Below, piece by piece: positions 1 to 9,218 of a stretch of DNA of 64,000 nucleotides. The position numbers were made by a program, and so were the translations under genes. The DNA lies in IMG/VR virus record IMGVR_UViG_2706795801_000001, positions 69,825 through 133,824 of that record; one strand, given 5' to 3'. Every line of letters starts with the position of its first letter. Position 1 is the stretch's first letter. Source of the stretch: a virus. Its lineage: Duplodnaviria; Caudoviricetes. The notes under the pieces are model-generated. The model saw only the letters and a program-made list of their open reading frames with translations. It had not been told where the DNA came from and did not search any database.

Positions 1-1
1 A

Positions 2-1747
2 TGGGATCAGACACAAACCGCAGGTAACCGTTGGGTAGAGGTAGGCTCTTTAACTGGTACCCGAAGACATACAGCGATAAGTTTGGGGGTAGATACTTTT
101 GAAACCGCCACTACACTTATGAATGACCCAATTACTTTTGCCGCAGGTGATACATACTACAACTTTGCTAAAGATAAAACCTTTGGTCCTATGATTGCTG
201 GTGTTGGTATTGATTTTAATGTAGAGAATAGAAACTACTTTACAAGTAGGGCACCAAGAGAATTAACACATACAGATAATGACCCAGCTAAATTAGTACA
301 TACTTGGACTCCTGCAGCCATAACGGACATAGAAGACCTAGCATACTCTCCACAAAGAGGAGATACATATCACCAAGAAGTTGGTAATACAGATCATGGT
401 GGTTATGTATACACATGGGATGAGGATGAGTTTCAAGCAAGAATCTTAGCTGGGGATACTTATGCACAAGCATTATCATCAGGTTGGACTAATATAGCAA
501 GAGAGTTCAAAAGAGCACCTAGATCATTCTCTGAGACAGGAGCACCCACGGTTGATGACGAAAAATACATTGACGGTGATACTTATTTTGATACAACCAA
601 CTTACTAATATACTCAGGTTACCAGACTGGTTTGGTGCAAGACAACCCACCACTGACACCTGCGGAAACAAACGGGCAGTTTCTTTTACGTGTATGGGGG
701 AATCAGTTACCAACCTCTTTGGGTGCTTCTTCAATACAACACACAAACAACACGATAGCTTTAGATGTAACTTATGCCGCAGATGATTTAGTACTAGAGA
801 ATAGAGATAATACTCCTATACTATATGGTCCTTATGACCCACTACAAGCAACTATTCAAGCCGCCGCACCTTATATTTCTGTGATGAGAGCACCAGTAAC
901 CCACCACGGCTTGACAACACCACCCACTAATGTGGTAGGTACTATCAGTGGGACTAGGGTTGCAACAGGGGATTATTATATTCAGACGGAATCTGTTGTC
1001 CGTTTAACTGAAGGTAAGCAGACTATTTTTGGTCCTTGTACTGTAGATTACTCTGACCCTGCTTTACCGATAACTTGGGATGTTGGTGTTAATAACAACA
1101 GACCTTTGACCTTTTTTGATGGTATTGGATCTAATATAACCAATGATTCAGGTTTCTCAGCAGGAGATTTCCTTGAGGTAAATAGTGCCATAAAATATGG
1201 TCCTTATGTTTCAGGAGCAGCCACTGCTGCATTATCTTGGCCTTTTCATAGCTACACCAGACCTTATAGGGTTATACAGTTACCAACCACAGAGAGTAAT
1301 AACTACACCCCTGTAACGACATATGATACAGAGAATGGTAATGATGTTATTACGGGAGACTTCATCGAGTGGGAAGTTACAGGAACAACTACAGGTAAGC
1401 GGGTAAGGATAGGTCCTTGTAATTATGACCATGCCACAGGAGTTATAAACTGGGGTACTAATAGAGTAGATATGTCTCCTTCTATCATGCACAATGGCCC
1501 TGTATCTACAGGAACCCCTGCTAGAAATGATGCAGACTATTGTGAAGGGGATTATATACTTAATCCAGCAGGTGCTATGTATGGTCCTTATAGTGAGAAT
1601 GAAGCTACAGACACGTTGGCTTGGCCTTTATACAGGGATTTATCTATTAATCCTACCATTGTAGATACAGGGAATGTAGATGCTGGTACTGTTTGGAGAT
1701 TAGTAGCCATCAATGGTGTTCTCAAGTTAGATGATGGCAACCCATAA
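2..1747 (+). CDS. Virion fibre/structural protein with internal repeats; 5'-partial (frame open from position 2)
   Basis: No stop upstream of the called TTG at 83. T/G/D/Y-rich, with recurring GD(T/Y/F)Y...(Y/F/I)GP(Y/C)...W units. Directly upstream of the tail-collar genes. Confidence 0.6.
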   Translation, partial: WDQTQTAGNRWVEVGSLTGTRRHTAISLGVDTFETATTLMNDPITFAAGDTYYNFAKDKTFGPMIAGVGIDFNVENRNYFTSRAPRELTHTDNDPAKLVHTWTPAAITDIEDLAYSPQRGDTYHQEVGNTDHGGYVYTWDEDEFQARILAGDTYAQALSSGWTNIAREFKRAPRSFSETGAPTVDDEKYIDGDTYFDTTNLLIYSGYQTGLVQDNPPLTPAETNGQFLLRVWGNQLPTSLGASSIQHTNNTIALDVTYAADDLVLENRDNTPILYGPYDPLQATIQAAAPYISVMRAPVTHHGLTTPPTNVVGTISGTRVATGDYYIQTESVVRLTEGKQTIFGPCTVDYSDPALPITWDVGVNNNRPLTFFDGIGSNITNDSGFSAGDFLEVNSAIKYGPYVSGAATAALSWPFHSYTRPYRVIQLPTTESNNYTPVTTYDTENGNDVITGDFIEWEVTGTTTGKRVRIGPCNYDHATGVINWGTNRVDMSPSIMHNGPVSTGTPARNDADYCEGDYILNPAGAMYGPYSENEATDTLAWPLYRDLSINPTIVDTGNVDAGTVWRLVAINGVLKLDDGNP

Positions 1748-1757
1748 GGAATACATA

Positions 1758-2435
1758 ATGGCAATAAGAGATTTAGGAGTACCTGTAGGGTCTGTTATAG
1801 CCCTTACAGGTAGTGCAGTTATACCTCATAATTTTAGGGCGTTGGATGGGTCTATAGTATCTTCTGGAGGTAAGTCCTCTTTAGATGGAATTAGATTACC
1901 AGATTGGAATAGCACGGAGGTGCTTCCCGTAGGAGGTACTTCATCAAGAGGTACGGTTATTAGTAGGAGAACCCAAGCAGGCAAATTTTTGGATTGGGGC
2001 AACTTTACCAGTATGAGTATAGACACACCTGTAACTAGGTTCTTGATTGGAATAAATGGTACTATAGCGAATACTCCTAATGATAATCAGGACCTTTCAG
2101 ATGCTAATTACTTCGTACAGCCTGTACCTTACTCTAATGGCTTTTGGAATTTTAGAGATAATGGTGCCTTCGCGGGTAATGATTATGTTATGGTAAACAG
2201 TCACTACACTAACGCTACAAAATCATATAACATGACACACACACACACGGCTAATATAAAGCATAATGGATACCACGATTTCTTACTTAAGGATACTAGT
2301 AAACCTAATGCAATAGAGACTACTACAGATGTGTCATTCTTTGTAGAGGGTAATTCTGTTGCAAACACACCTAGCCTACCCCTAACTTACAACCTAAAGA
2401 CTAATGTAGGTATTTGGGTCATGAGGATATACTAA
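1758..2435 (+). CDS. Tail-collar-domain short fibre protein 1
   Basis: N-terminal VPVGSVIAL..IPHNF..LDGS..RLPD collar motif, HTH metal-binding motif, C-terminal WVMRIY. AAGGA RBS before ATG 1758. Confidence 0.7.
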   Translation: MAIRDLGVPVGSVIALTGSAVIPHNFRALDGSIVSSGGKSSLDGIRLPDWNSTEVLPVGGTSSRGTVISRRTQAGKFLDWGNFTSMSIDTPVTRFLIGINGTIANTPNDNQDLSDANYFVQPVPYSNGFWNFRDNGAFAGNDYVMVNSHYTNATKSYNMTHTHTANIKHNGYHDFLLKDTSKPNAIETTTDVSFFVEGNSVANTPSLPLTYNLKTNVGIWVMRIY

Positions 2436-2436
2436 T

Positions 2437-3141
2437 ATGCAGATATACACAGGAGTCCCTATAGGGGGTACAATAGCTTGGTTAGGTCACTTAGCAGGCA
2501 TAAGTATCCCAGATAACTTTATATACAACCATGAGATATTTGTTCCAAAGTCACGAGCTGATGCAGATTTTACTAGAATAGATTATAATGATTGGGAGAG
2601 GGAGGGTTACCTCTCTGGTACCTCGGCAAGTCTTGCAAGCAAATCTGGGATTAATAGTTTCAGTTTATCAATTACCCATCTGCCTAGGTTCAGAGAGGAA
2701 TACACAGGAGAGCAAAAAATTAATTACAGTTTATCTTCACTGAATTCAAGAGTAGACTTAGGTGCAGGGCCTGAGACAGCTAACTCCACTTTCAACTTTA
2801 ATAAAGTTACTGACAATGACTGGGCTGATGGTACTTTATCTTCACAGAGGTTTTTCCCCGCTGCAGAAGGGTTCAGTCAAGATGGGGGCAATAAATTGAC
2901 AGATACAGGTCACAGAAAGTTATACAACGAAGGTAATTATGATACGGATACCTTGAACCAACATACGCATGTGCATGGCCCTAAGACTACAGCCTCACAC
3001 ACTCACGGAGTTACGTTGACTTCCGTATCACATAGGTTTATACCAAGAGGGGAGGATGTAGTAAATAGTAACCAAACCCCTGTATCTTATCAAGTAAGGC
3101 CACCTGCCATTGGTGTGTTATGGATTACGAGGGTATATTAA
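2437..3141 (+). CDS. Tail-collar-domain short fibre protein 2
   Basis: VPIGGTIAWLG..IPDNF, HTHVH/HTH motifs, C-terminal LWITRVY. Paralogous to both neighbours. Confidence 0.7.
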   Translation: MQIYTGVPIGGTIAWLGHLAGISIPDNFIYNHEIFVPKSRADADFTRIDYNDWEREGYLSGTSASLASKSGINSFSLSITHLPRFREEYTGEQKINYSLSSLNSRVDLGAGPETANSTFNFNKVTDNDWADGTLSSQRFFPAAEGFSQDGGNKLTDTGHRKLYNEGNYDTDTLNQHTHVHGPKTTASHTHGVTLTSVSHRFIPRGEDVVNSNQTPVSYQVRPPAIGVLWITRVY

Positions 3142-3142
3142 T

Positions 3143-3859
3143 ATGGAAGGTGTAGATTTAAGTATACCAGTAGGGGGAGTTGTACCTTGGTTAGGTCAAA
3201 TGATGGGTTTGACTGTTGCTGACCTGCCCGATAACTTCGTAGTGGTAGATGGTAGTATTATTAATAGGGGTGGTCTTAATCTTGCAGGAGACCTAAGTCC
3301 GTTCGAGGGAGTAAGATTACCTGATACAAACGGCAGGAGTCTGGTTAGTACAACAAATAATACCTTGATAGGTACGGAGTTAGGTGCTGACTCAGTAATA
3401 GTACCTGTATCCAAAGCTAATATACCTTCTAGTTTTAAGGTTAAGATGTCGTCAACTGGGATTGATGTGATGTCTAAGAGTCATGTTAATAATCTCGCAC
3501 TAAGCTCTGTTCAGATGACAGTAGAAGTCAAAGATCCCCATGCGATAGGTGACGGTAATAGTGGTATGAGTGTACCTCAAGCCAACAAGATAGATGACTA
3601 TGCCGCAGATAAACTACCAGTAGGTGCGACTTATCACTCACCTCATGTTTATGAAGGGAACACTATATGGGCAAGTCATCAATATTCTCATGATCATCAT
3701 GTTAATACAACTCACCTGCATAGATTCAGGGTGTATAATTACGTGCAGTCCAATATTACAGTGCGTAACTCTGTAGGTGCGGGTACTGGGATAACTGTAG
3801 ATACAAGTCATGATAATTTCAATACTGCCGAGGTTATTTACATAATGAGGATATATTAA
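3143..3859 (+). CDS. Tail-collar-domain short fibre protein 3
   Basis: IPVGGVVPWLG..LPDNFVVVDGS..RLPD, HDH/HLH motifs, C-terminal YIMRIY. Confidence 0.7.
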   Translation: MEGVDLSIPVGGVVPWLGQMMGLTVADLPDNFVVVDGSIINRGGLNLAGDLSPFEGVRLPDTNGRSLVSTTNNTLIGTELGADSVIVPVSKANIPSSFKVKMSSTGIDVMSKSHVNNLALSSVQMTVEVKDPHAIGDGNSGMSVPQANKIDDYAADKLPVGATYHSPHVYEGNTIWASHQYSHDHHVNTTHLHRFRVYNYVQSNITVRNSVGAGTGITVDTSHDNFNTAEVIYIMRIY

Positions 3860-4095
3860 TAAAGTGATCTCACCTGCCCCGTCCGATGTATTTCGGCAGA
3901 CGCAAATGGGTGGTACCTCACTATTACATCTAAGACACCATCAGTCGCATTATCTATATTAAAACATACTTGTGTTGGTGGTGATCTTCAGTGTTGTAAC
4001 TCTACCTCAACAACCTCATCAGCTTGGGTTATATTATTTTATAGATCTCTTATCTAATTAATGTTATAATGACCTACAATAAATCAGGAGATATT

Positions 4096-4650
4096 ATGTC
4101 AACTATACCAGACCTTTTCAATACAGCTATAATAGATAATCAGACAGGTCGTCAATTCTCTGCTAAGTCCCTTGCTGAAACAGGGGATTGGCAATTCTTA
4201 CAATTAGGTCATTATACTACAGGATCACCGTGGGTTGTTAATGAAGGTGTTACGGATAAACTTACTTTCCAAGAGGTAGACATAACTTACTCGGCAGGTA
4301 ATGGTTTAGAAATAAACTACGACTATACTGCTCAGTTATTTCTACCCCGTCAGTTGGGAGACCTATTCCTAACGGAAATTCGATTCAAGGCTAAATGCTC
4401 TGCACAGAATGGGTATGCTGATTTATTGGTAACTTCCCCATCATTCCTATACAACCCTGTGACAGGCTCTACCTTTAGTGTACCTAAGGGGGCGGGTGTT
4501 GAACAATTCATCACTGTTAATGGGAGTATTTTTGTAGGAGATGAGGTGAGAACTAATGGTTTTGAAGTTAAGATCCAAGCTGGCTCAGGAAACTTCAGCA
4601 TATATGATGTATCTATCTTAAGTTGCCGCCTTGGTGGAGACAAGTCTTAG
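4096..4650 (+). CDS. Hypothetical protein, probably a beta-rich virion protein
   Basis: AGGAG RBS before ATG 4096; followed by a terminator hairpin. Confidence 0.55.
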   Translation: MSTIPDLFNTAIIDNQTGRQFSAKSLAETGDWQFLQLGHYTTGSPWVVNEGVTDKLTFQEVDITYSAGNGLEINYDYTAQLFLPRQLGDLFLTEIRFKAKCSAQNGYADLLVTSPSFLYNPVTGSTFSVPKGAGVEQFITVNGSIFVGDEVRTNGFEVKIQAGSGNFSIYDVSILSCRLGGDKS

Positions 4651-4653
4651 AAT

Positions 4654-4689
4654 AAACCCGCTTCCAGAGATGGTTGCGGGTTTTGTTTT
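4654..4689 (+). terminator. Intrinsic terminator between convergent genes
   Basis: AAACCCGC...GCGGGTTTTGTTTT hairpin plus U-tract. Confidence 0.7.
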
Positions 4690-4699
4690 ACTTAGCGCT

Positions 4700-4921
4700 T
4701 TATATTTCGTCGCACAACTTCTCCCACCAGTTTATTCCTTGATGTGTCAGTCTCCAATAAAAAGCATCATCTAGTGTGATATCCCAACACCAATCAGTAC
4801 CTCTGTATCTTTCGTGAGTATTCTTCAACAAGTTCAATGCGACACCATCCTCTAACACTTTTGTTACATCTTTGAATAGAACTGTCTCTTTAATTTCTGC
4901 ATCTGTTAGTGTAAGTTTCAT
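4700..4921 (-). CDS. Hypothetical protein
   Basis: ORF with AGGAG RBS, tightly coupled to the upstream ORF. Confidence 0.6.
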   Translation of the reverse strand: MKLTLTDAEIKETVLFKDVTKVLEDGVALNLLKNTHERYRGTDWCWDITLDDAFYWRLTHQGINWWEKLCDEI

Positions 4922-4922
4922 A

Positions 4923-5288
4923 TTAAACTTCTCCTGTCATATAATTAACCCAAGCCTCATCTGACTTAAAGTGCCGAACACAACTGGAATCTAATCTATT
5001 ACGTGGCAATGTATATTGGTCATTAAAAGGTTGACCACTACTCTTAGCAATTAAGTAAGCCTCCCCTCTATCATAATATAAACCACATTCATCAATAAAA
5101 CCTTGCCCTAGATCTTCTAACTCTTTCACCATCTTAACTTCACAACCAAAGGCTTTGAATGCACTGACCACCTCCTGCATATTGCGACCTCCGTGGCAGT
5201 TATCTACCAAGGTTACTTCTCTGGTAATACCCTCTGGGTTTGTTACTCGGTATACATTTGCTGCAGCTACAATAATTTTCTTATGCAT
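4923..5288 (-). CDS. Hypothetical phage protein
   Basis: AGGAGAG RBS; QGFID..G.YYDR.EAY.IA motif typical of a common phage hypothetical family. Confidence 0.65.
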   Translation of the reverse strand: MHKKIIVAAANVYRVTNPEGITREVTLVDNCHGGRNMQEVVSAFKAFGCEVKMVKELEDLGQGFIDECGLYYDRGEAYLIAKSSGQPFNDQYTLPRNRLDSSCVRHFKSDEAWVNYMTGEV

Positions 5289-5348
5289 GTTTTCTCTCCT
5301 GCATCTTGACGATGTTTGTTCAGTAACTCAAATAACTCGAATGAGTTA

Positions 5349-6101
5349 TTAACCTTGATCCTTCATATCACGTAAACCTAGTCGCTCTGCGAATTCAATA
5401 AGATAGTATGTGGTAGGTAATTCTACCTTGATCTCAGGTATCCAGAAAATACTACTAGGACTGACTTGAGTTCCTAAGTGTCGCCCTTTGTCAGTCAGCG
5501 TCCAACCTGCTCTATTTCCACCTACAAATCTCATTGTTTGGTACCCTTCGTCCTCTAACCAAATATTGATAGCTTGAACCACCTTACTACTCCCATTACC
5601 CATCAATTTTGATAAAGATAATGGGGTACTTTTCTTGATAATCAAATCTTCTTTACCTTCCAATAAAGAAATGTAACCTGACTCCAATTTAGTTAGTGTA
5701 TCTTTCTGTGCTTGCATCACCTGCATCAACATATTTCGTAGTTCTTCATTACTATTAACTGCGACTTGAGTATCGATAGCTTCCTGTCTCGCAGCCTTAC
5801 CTTGGTCAGTGAATGCAGCGAGTAGTATGTGGTTTGCCGCATTCATACTGAAGCTATAAACCATTGGTTTCTTTCTACTTTCAGAAGTGACATCAATGTC
5901 ACTTGTAAAATCCACACCCTCTACAAAAGCGTGCTTTTCTATCTGACGTTTTAGGTATCGGGTGATATCCTTTTGTTCTTTTGCAGCATAGCCACAAACC
6001 TCTAGTAGTTGTTTACCCTCTACGGTCATTGTATTGAAGTCTACTACCCCCTCAGTAATTAGGTGGTGGCTTGCTTGTTCTAGTGTTGTAATTGTTGTCA
6101 T
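5349..6101 (-). CDS. Antirepressor-like DNA-binding protein (AntA-like N-terminus, KilA-C-like C-terminus)
   Basis: FVEGVDF motif, central coiled coil, C-terminal WL..EGYQ...WTLTDKG. Confidence 0.65.
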   Translation of the reverse strand: MTTITTLEQASHHLITEGVVDFNTMTVEGKQLLEVCGYAAKEQKDITRYLKRQIEKHAFVEGVDFTSDIDVTSESRKKPMVYSFSMNAANHILLAAFTDQGKAARQEAIDTQVAVNSNEELRNMLMQVMQAQKDTLTKLESGYISLLEGKEDLIIKKSTPLSLSKLMGNGSSKVVQAINIWLEDEGYQTMRFVGGNRAGWTLTDKGRHLGTQVSPSSIFWIPEIKVELPTTYYLIEFAERLGLRDMKDQG

Positions 6102-6122
6102 ATTAATTCTCCTTATTTAAAA

Positions 6123-6893
6123 TTATTTTTTAAACTGCTGCGCTGCAATACTAAGACGTAACTGAAGCTCTCTGTTCTCACGCTGAAGACGTTCAATGTC
6201 ACTTTCCTTAGCAGCATTCACCTTTACTCCGTTTCGCCCTGTATCGAAGTCTTGCTTCATTTTAGGGGTAGCATTGGCAAAGTTCTGGTGATGTTCTGTC
6301 GAATCCATCTCAATAAAAGACATACATTCCATAATCTGCTGTGCTATTAAGTTATTCTTACGTTCAGCTTGGTAACGAATAGCTTTGAAATTAAACTTAG
6401 GTGCTCTTGGGTCATTCATAGTCACATAGAAGTTACCACAGAATTGAAACTTATTATTCACAGCTTCATGTTTGATCTTCATTAAGATAGCCTTCTGAGC
6501 ATCCGTGCAATTACCTAAATTATCATCGAACAGTGTCATACCAACAGAAACGTTAACACCTACATTATTACTTGTGTAACCAAAAGGGTTTGATTCATTA
6601 CGTGATCCGTATACAGAACCCATAACACCTACCCCCGATTCACAACTAATACCTAAGATACTTTGTGTTTGAGTCATCTGCACATTCTGGACAGAGACGT
6701 TACTTTGTGAGCCTGCCATTGTACTGGTATTGTTCATAGTTGGAGAGAATGCGTTATCAACCCCCTGCTGTTGATTAAAGTCCCCTCCAAAACCGCCATT
6801 TCCACAATTGTGACAATCCTCTGCCTGTGATGTAGTAGATATAAGGGCTGCTGTTATAATAGTGGCAATTTTTAACTTAGTTGTTGTTTTCAT
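6123..6893 (-). CDS. Secreted protein, putative outer-membrane beta-hairpin/pore subunit
   Basis: Sec signal peptide ending SQA; amphipathic strands (GVGVMGSVYG, NVGVNVSVGMTL) between Cys residues; C-terminal coiled coil. Confidence 0.55.
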   Translation of the reverse strand: MKTTTKLKIATIITAALISTTSQAEDCHNCGNGGFGGDFNQQQGVDNAFSPTMNNTSTMAGSQSNVSVQNVQMTQTQSILGISCESGVGVMGSVYGSRNESNPFGYTSNNVGVNVSVGMTLFDDNLGNCTDAQKAILMKIKHEAVNNKFQFCGNFYVTMNDPRAPKFNFKAIRYQAERKNNLIAQQIMECMSFIEMDSTEHHQNFANATPKMKQDFDTGRNGVKVNAAKESDIERLQRENRELQLRLSIAAQQFKK

Positions 6894-6974
6894 AATTCCT
6901 CCTGTTTATTAAGTGTGTTTATTAGAACATACTCTTAACCGAGTGTAAACACTTTTCTTCAGATAAATAAAAAT

Positions 6975-7006
6975 AAAAAGGCTAGCAACCGAAGTTACTA
7001 GCCTTT
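6975..7006 (-). terminator. Intrinsic terminator after 7024-7599
   Basis: AAAGGCTAG..CTAGCCTTT hairpin with a U-tract on the minus strand. Confidence 0.7.
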
Positions 7007-7023
7007 AATATCAATTCAAATTT

Positions 7024-7599
7024 TTATCGAATGAACGATGTGAATGTGTCGCTGTGTGAAGTAGAAGAGTTAGTACCAGAGTAAGACTGGTTTACATTAG
7101 TTGTAACAACTTCACGACCCCAAGAACCACCATTCTCTGCACCACCATTTGTTGATGTCTCCCAAGTCTTAGTATTCTCTACAATAGAACCTGTGGTTGT
7201 TGAATCAACTGAACCTGAACTACGAGAATCTGTATGGCTTCGACTCTGACCTGCTAGTAGGTTATCAGTACCGATAGTTGAGTCACAGAAACTTGTGTTT
7301 GCACTTTCAACACCTACTTGCTTGGTTACAGTAGTCAGGTCTGTACGAACCACCTTACTGAATTGATCAGTTACTGTGTTATCAACTCCACAACCTGTAC
7401 AGTTGTTCATACTACCAGTTTGTGTATCCTTACCCCAAGACTTATTAACACCCTTAACATGAGTGATAGACTCATTATTGTAACTACCGTTGCTGCTTGA
7501 ATTACCAGTTGTGTAAGTCTGTGATAGAGTTACTGCTGCTACTGGTGCTGCTACGATTGTTGCTAGGGTTAGTGCTACTGCTGCGATTGTCTTATTCAT
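7024..7599 (-). CDS. Secreted S/T/G/N-rich beta-strand protein
   Basis: Sec signal peptide (MNKTIAAVALTLATIVAAPVAA), low-complexity polar mature region, AGGAG RBS. Confidence 0.6.
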   Translation of the reverse strand: MNKTIAAVALTLATIVAAPVAAVTLSQTYTTGNSSSNGSYNNESITHVKGVNKSWGKDTQTGSMNNCTGCGVDNTVTDQFSKVVRTDLTTVTKQVGVESANTSFCDSTIGTDNLLAGQSRSHTDSRSSGSVDSTTTGSIVENTKTWETSTNGGAENGGSWGREVVTTNVNQSYSGTNSSTSHSDTFTSFIR

Positions 7600-7767
7600 A
7601 ATAAATATTCTCCTAAATATGCGTACCGAAATTGATACTGATTAAAGTTAGGTAATTTCCTAACCCCTTTAATGTATTGTTACCTAGTTTAACACTGTTG
7701 TAAAGCTTTATTATTATTTATTTTATAAATTAACCTCCTTTTCCAATAAACATACACCTTTTTCTTA

Positions 7768-8052
7768 TTATCTCACTATCCATGACTTAGTACGTTCATC
7801 ACGAAGTACTTCTACATAAGCTAATGTAAAGGTTTCATTCTCAGGTACACTCTTATCTCTTTTAAGGTAACGATCCTCGAAGTAACTTATATCTACACCT
7901 GTTAAATAACACACCTCCAGACCTCGCCTAACAGCCTCTACAGGGTGAATATACTTCTCTGCTAATACTTCAATCATACGCCACGGAAACTTGTCTACCT
8001 CGTCCTCACGAAGCACACGAATATCTTTTGCATCATAGGTAGTTACTGTCAT
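7768..8052 (-). CDS. Small protein with a GyrB/ParE-like N-terminal strap motif
   Basis: MTVTTYDAKDIRVL...VDKFP resembles the GyrB/ParE N-terminus; GAGG RBS. Confidence 0.55.
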   Translation of the reverse strand: MTVTTYDAKDIRVLREDEVDKFPWRMIEVLAEKYIHPVEAVRRGLEVCYLTGVDISYFEDRYLKRDKSVPENETFTLAYVEVLRDERTKSWIVR

Positions 8053-8162
8053 TTATATCAACCTCATTTATTGAGTAACCCCTTTAGTTACTACTAAGGT
8101 TTATGCTATACTTAATTATTATCAATGTCAAACAATTTTTAAATTATCTAATGGAGGTTTAT

Positions 8163-8681
8163 GTGGCTTTAGACGTTAGTGAAATTTCTGAAGAAATCAG
8201 ATTCTTGCTCGGAGGACTCAGTATTACTATTATGCCTGATGTTACTTTGAATAAGATCGTTCAGCGTAATATAGAAAAGTATGGTGCTGCAGACGAGAAT
8301 TTATGTATCGTTACATATAAATCTCTACTGGATACTTTACAGTACTTAATCAATGCTCAGGCAGCAGGTTCTGCAGGATCAGGTGGCGGTTCTGTCCTTA
8401 GCATAGAAGAAGAAATAGGTAAGAGGCGTATTAAGAAAACGTTCTCAGATGGTTCTAATGGTACAGAGACTGGGTGGGAAGGGCTTTATGCTAAGTACGT
8501 ATCTGACCCATCACTCGTGTGTCAATCCTTGGTACCAGAAGGTGGTTCAGGTTCAGGTTTAGTTATTATTGGTGGTACATCACAAACCCAATATGACAAG
8601 GTTAATAGTAATCCTGACACACGTAATGGTTGGTCTGCTACTAGACTTTGTTGGGTATCTAGTAGAAGGAGTAAATTTTAA
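8163..8681 (+). CDS. Putative head-tail adaptor/neck protein
   Basis: GGAGG RBS before GTG 8163; helical N-terminus plus SIEEEIGKRRIKKTF motif like phage connector proteins. Confidence 0.5.
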   Translation: MALDVSEISEEIRFLLGGLSITIMPDVTLNKIVQRNIEKYGAADENLCIVTYKSLLDTLQYLINAQAAGSAGSGGGSVLSIEEEIGKRRIKKTFSDGSNGTETGWEGLYAKYVSDPSLVCQSLVPEGGSGSGLVIIGGTSQTQYDKVNSNPDTRNGWSATRLCWVSSRRSKF

Positions 8682-8989
8682 TGTCAGGTTTTCTCACTGA
8701 ATCTTTTATAAAACCCGTAGCTGTGGGTGTAACCATAGCTTTATTAATCGGGGTACTTTCTTTATACAATGATGTACAAGCTAACACACAATCTAGGGTT
8801 AATGCTGAAGTTAATGATAAGCTTCTTGTCGAGATGAGTAGAAGTTTAGTCAGGATGGAACAAGACCTTAAGTATCTTAGAATTGATGTAGATCAAGTAA
8901 AAGATAGTCAGAAAAATTTAACAAGTCAAATATTAGAGGATCGTAATAGAGAATTGCGTCCTTGGGAATATCAATCTAAAAAAGAGTAA
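8681..8989 (+). CDS. Membrane-anchored coiled-coil protein
   Basis: One N-terminal TM segment followed by a coiled coil. Confidence 0.55.
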   Translation: MSGFLTESFIKPVAVGVTIALLIGVLSLYNDVQANTQSRVNAEVNDKLLVEMSRSLVRMEQDLKYLRIDVDQVKDSQKNLTSQILEDRNRELRPWEYQSKKE

Positions 8990-8995
8990 TTTATT

Positions 8996-9175
8996 ATGCC
9001 ATATATTTCAGCAGTTCAATGTAATACAACATTTGCAACTAACTCCAATTCATCTAAATCTACATCGGGCGGTGGTGAACCTCCCGCTAATTTAAATTGG
9101 TTCACATCATTGGGTATCATCAGGTGCAATTTTATTGTCCCTTGTGATGAAGAAGTTATCCCTTGTCTTGCATAA
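8996..9175 (+). CDS. Small hypothetical protein (59 aa, not in ORF track)
   Basis: MPYISAVQCNTT...PCDEEVIPCLA*, co-oriented between structural genes. Confidence 0.5.
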   Translation: MPYISAVQCNTTFATNSNSSKSTSGGGEPPANLNWFTSLGIIRCNFIVPCDEEVIPCLA

Positions 9176-9218
9176 GTAATATTATGAAGAACAATAATAA
9201 AATTAATAAGGTAATAAA

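Noticed and set aside
3856-4040. Minus-strand coding-like stretch with an in-frame TGA
   Set aside because: No start codon or RBS; cannot distinguish a gene remnant from chance. TGA, TAG and TAA all act as normal stops elsewhere, so there is no sign of genetic code reassignment.
7768-8052. Annotation as gyrB
   Set aside because: Only the N-terminal strap resembles GyrB; no GHKL or TOPRIM domains.
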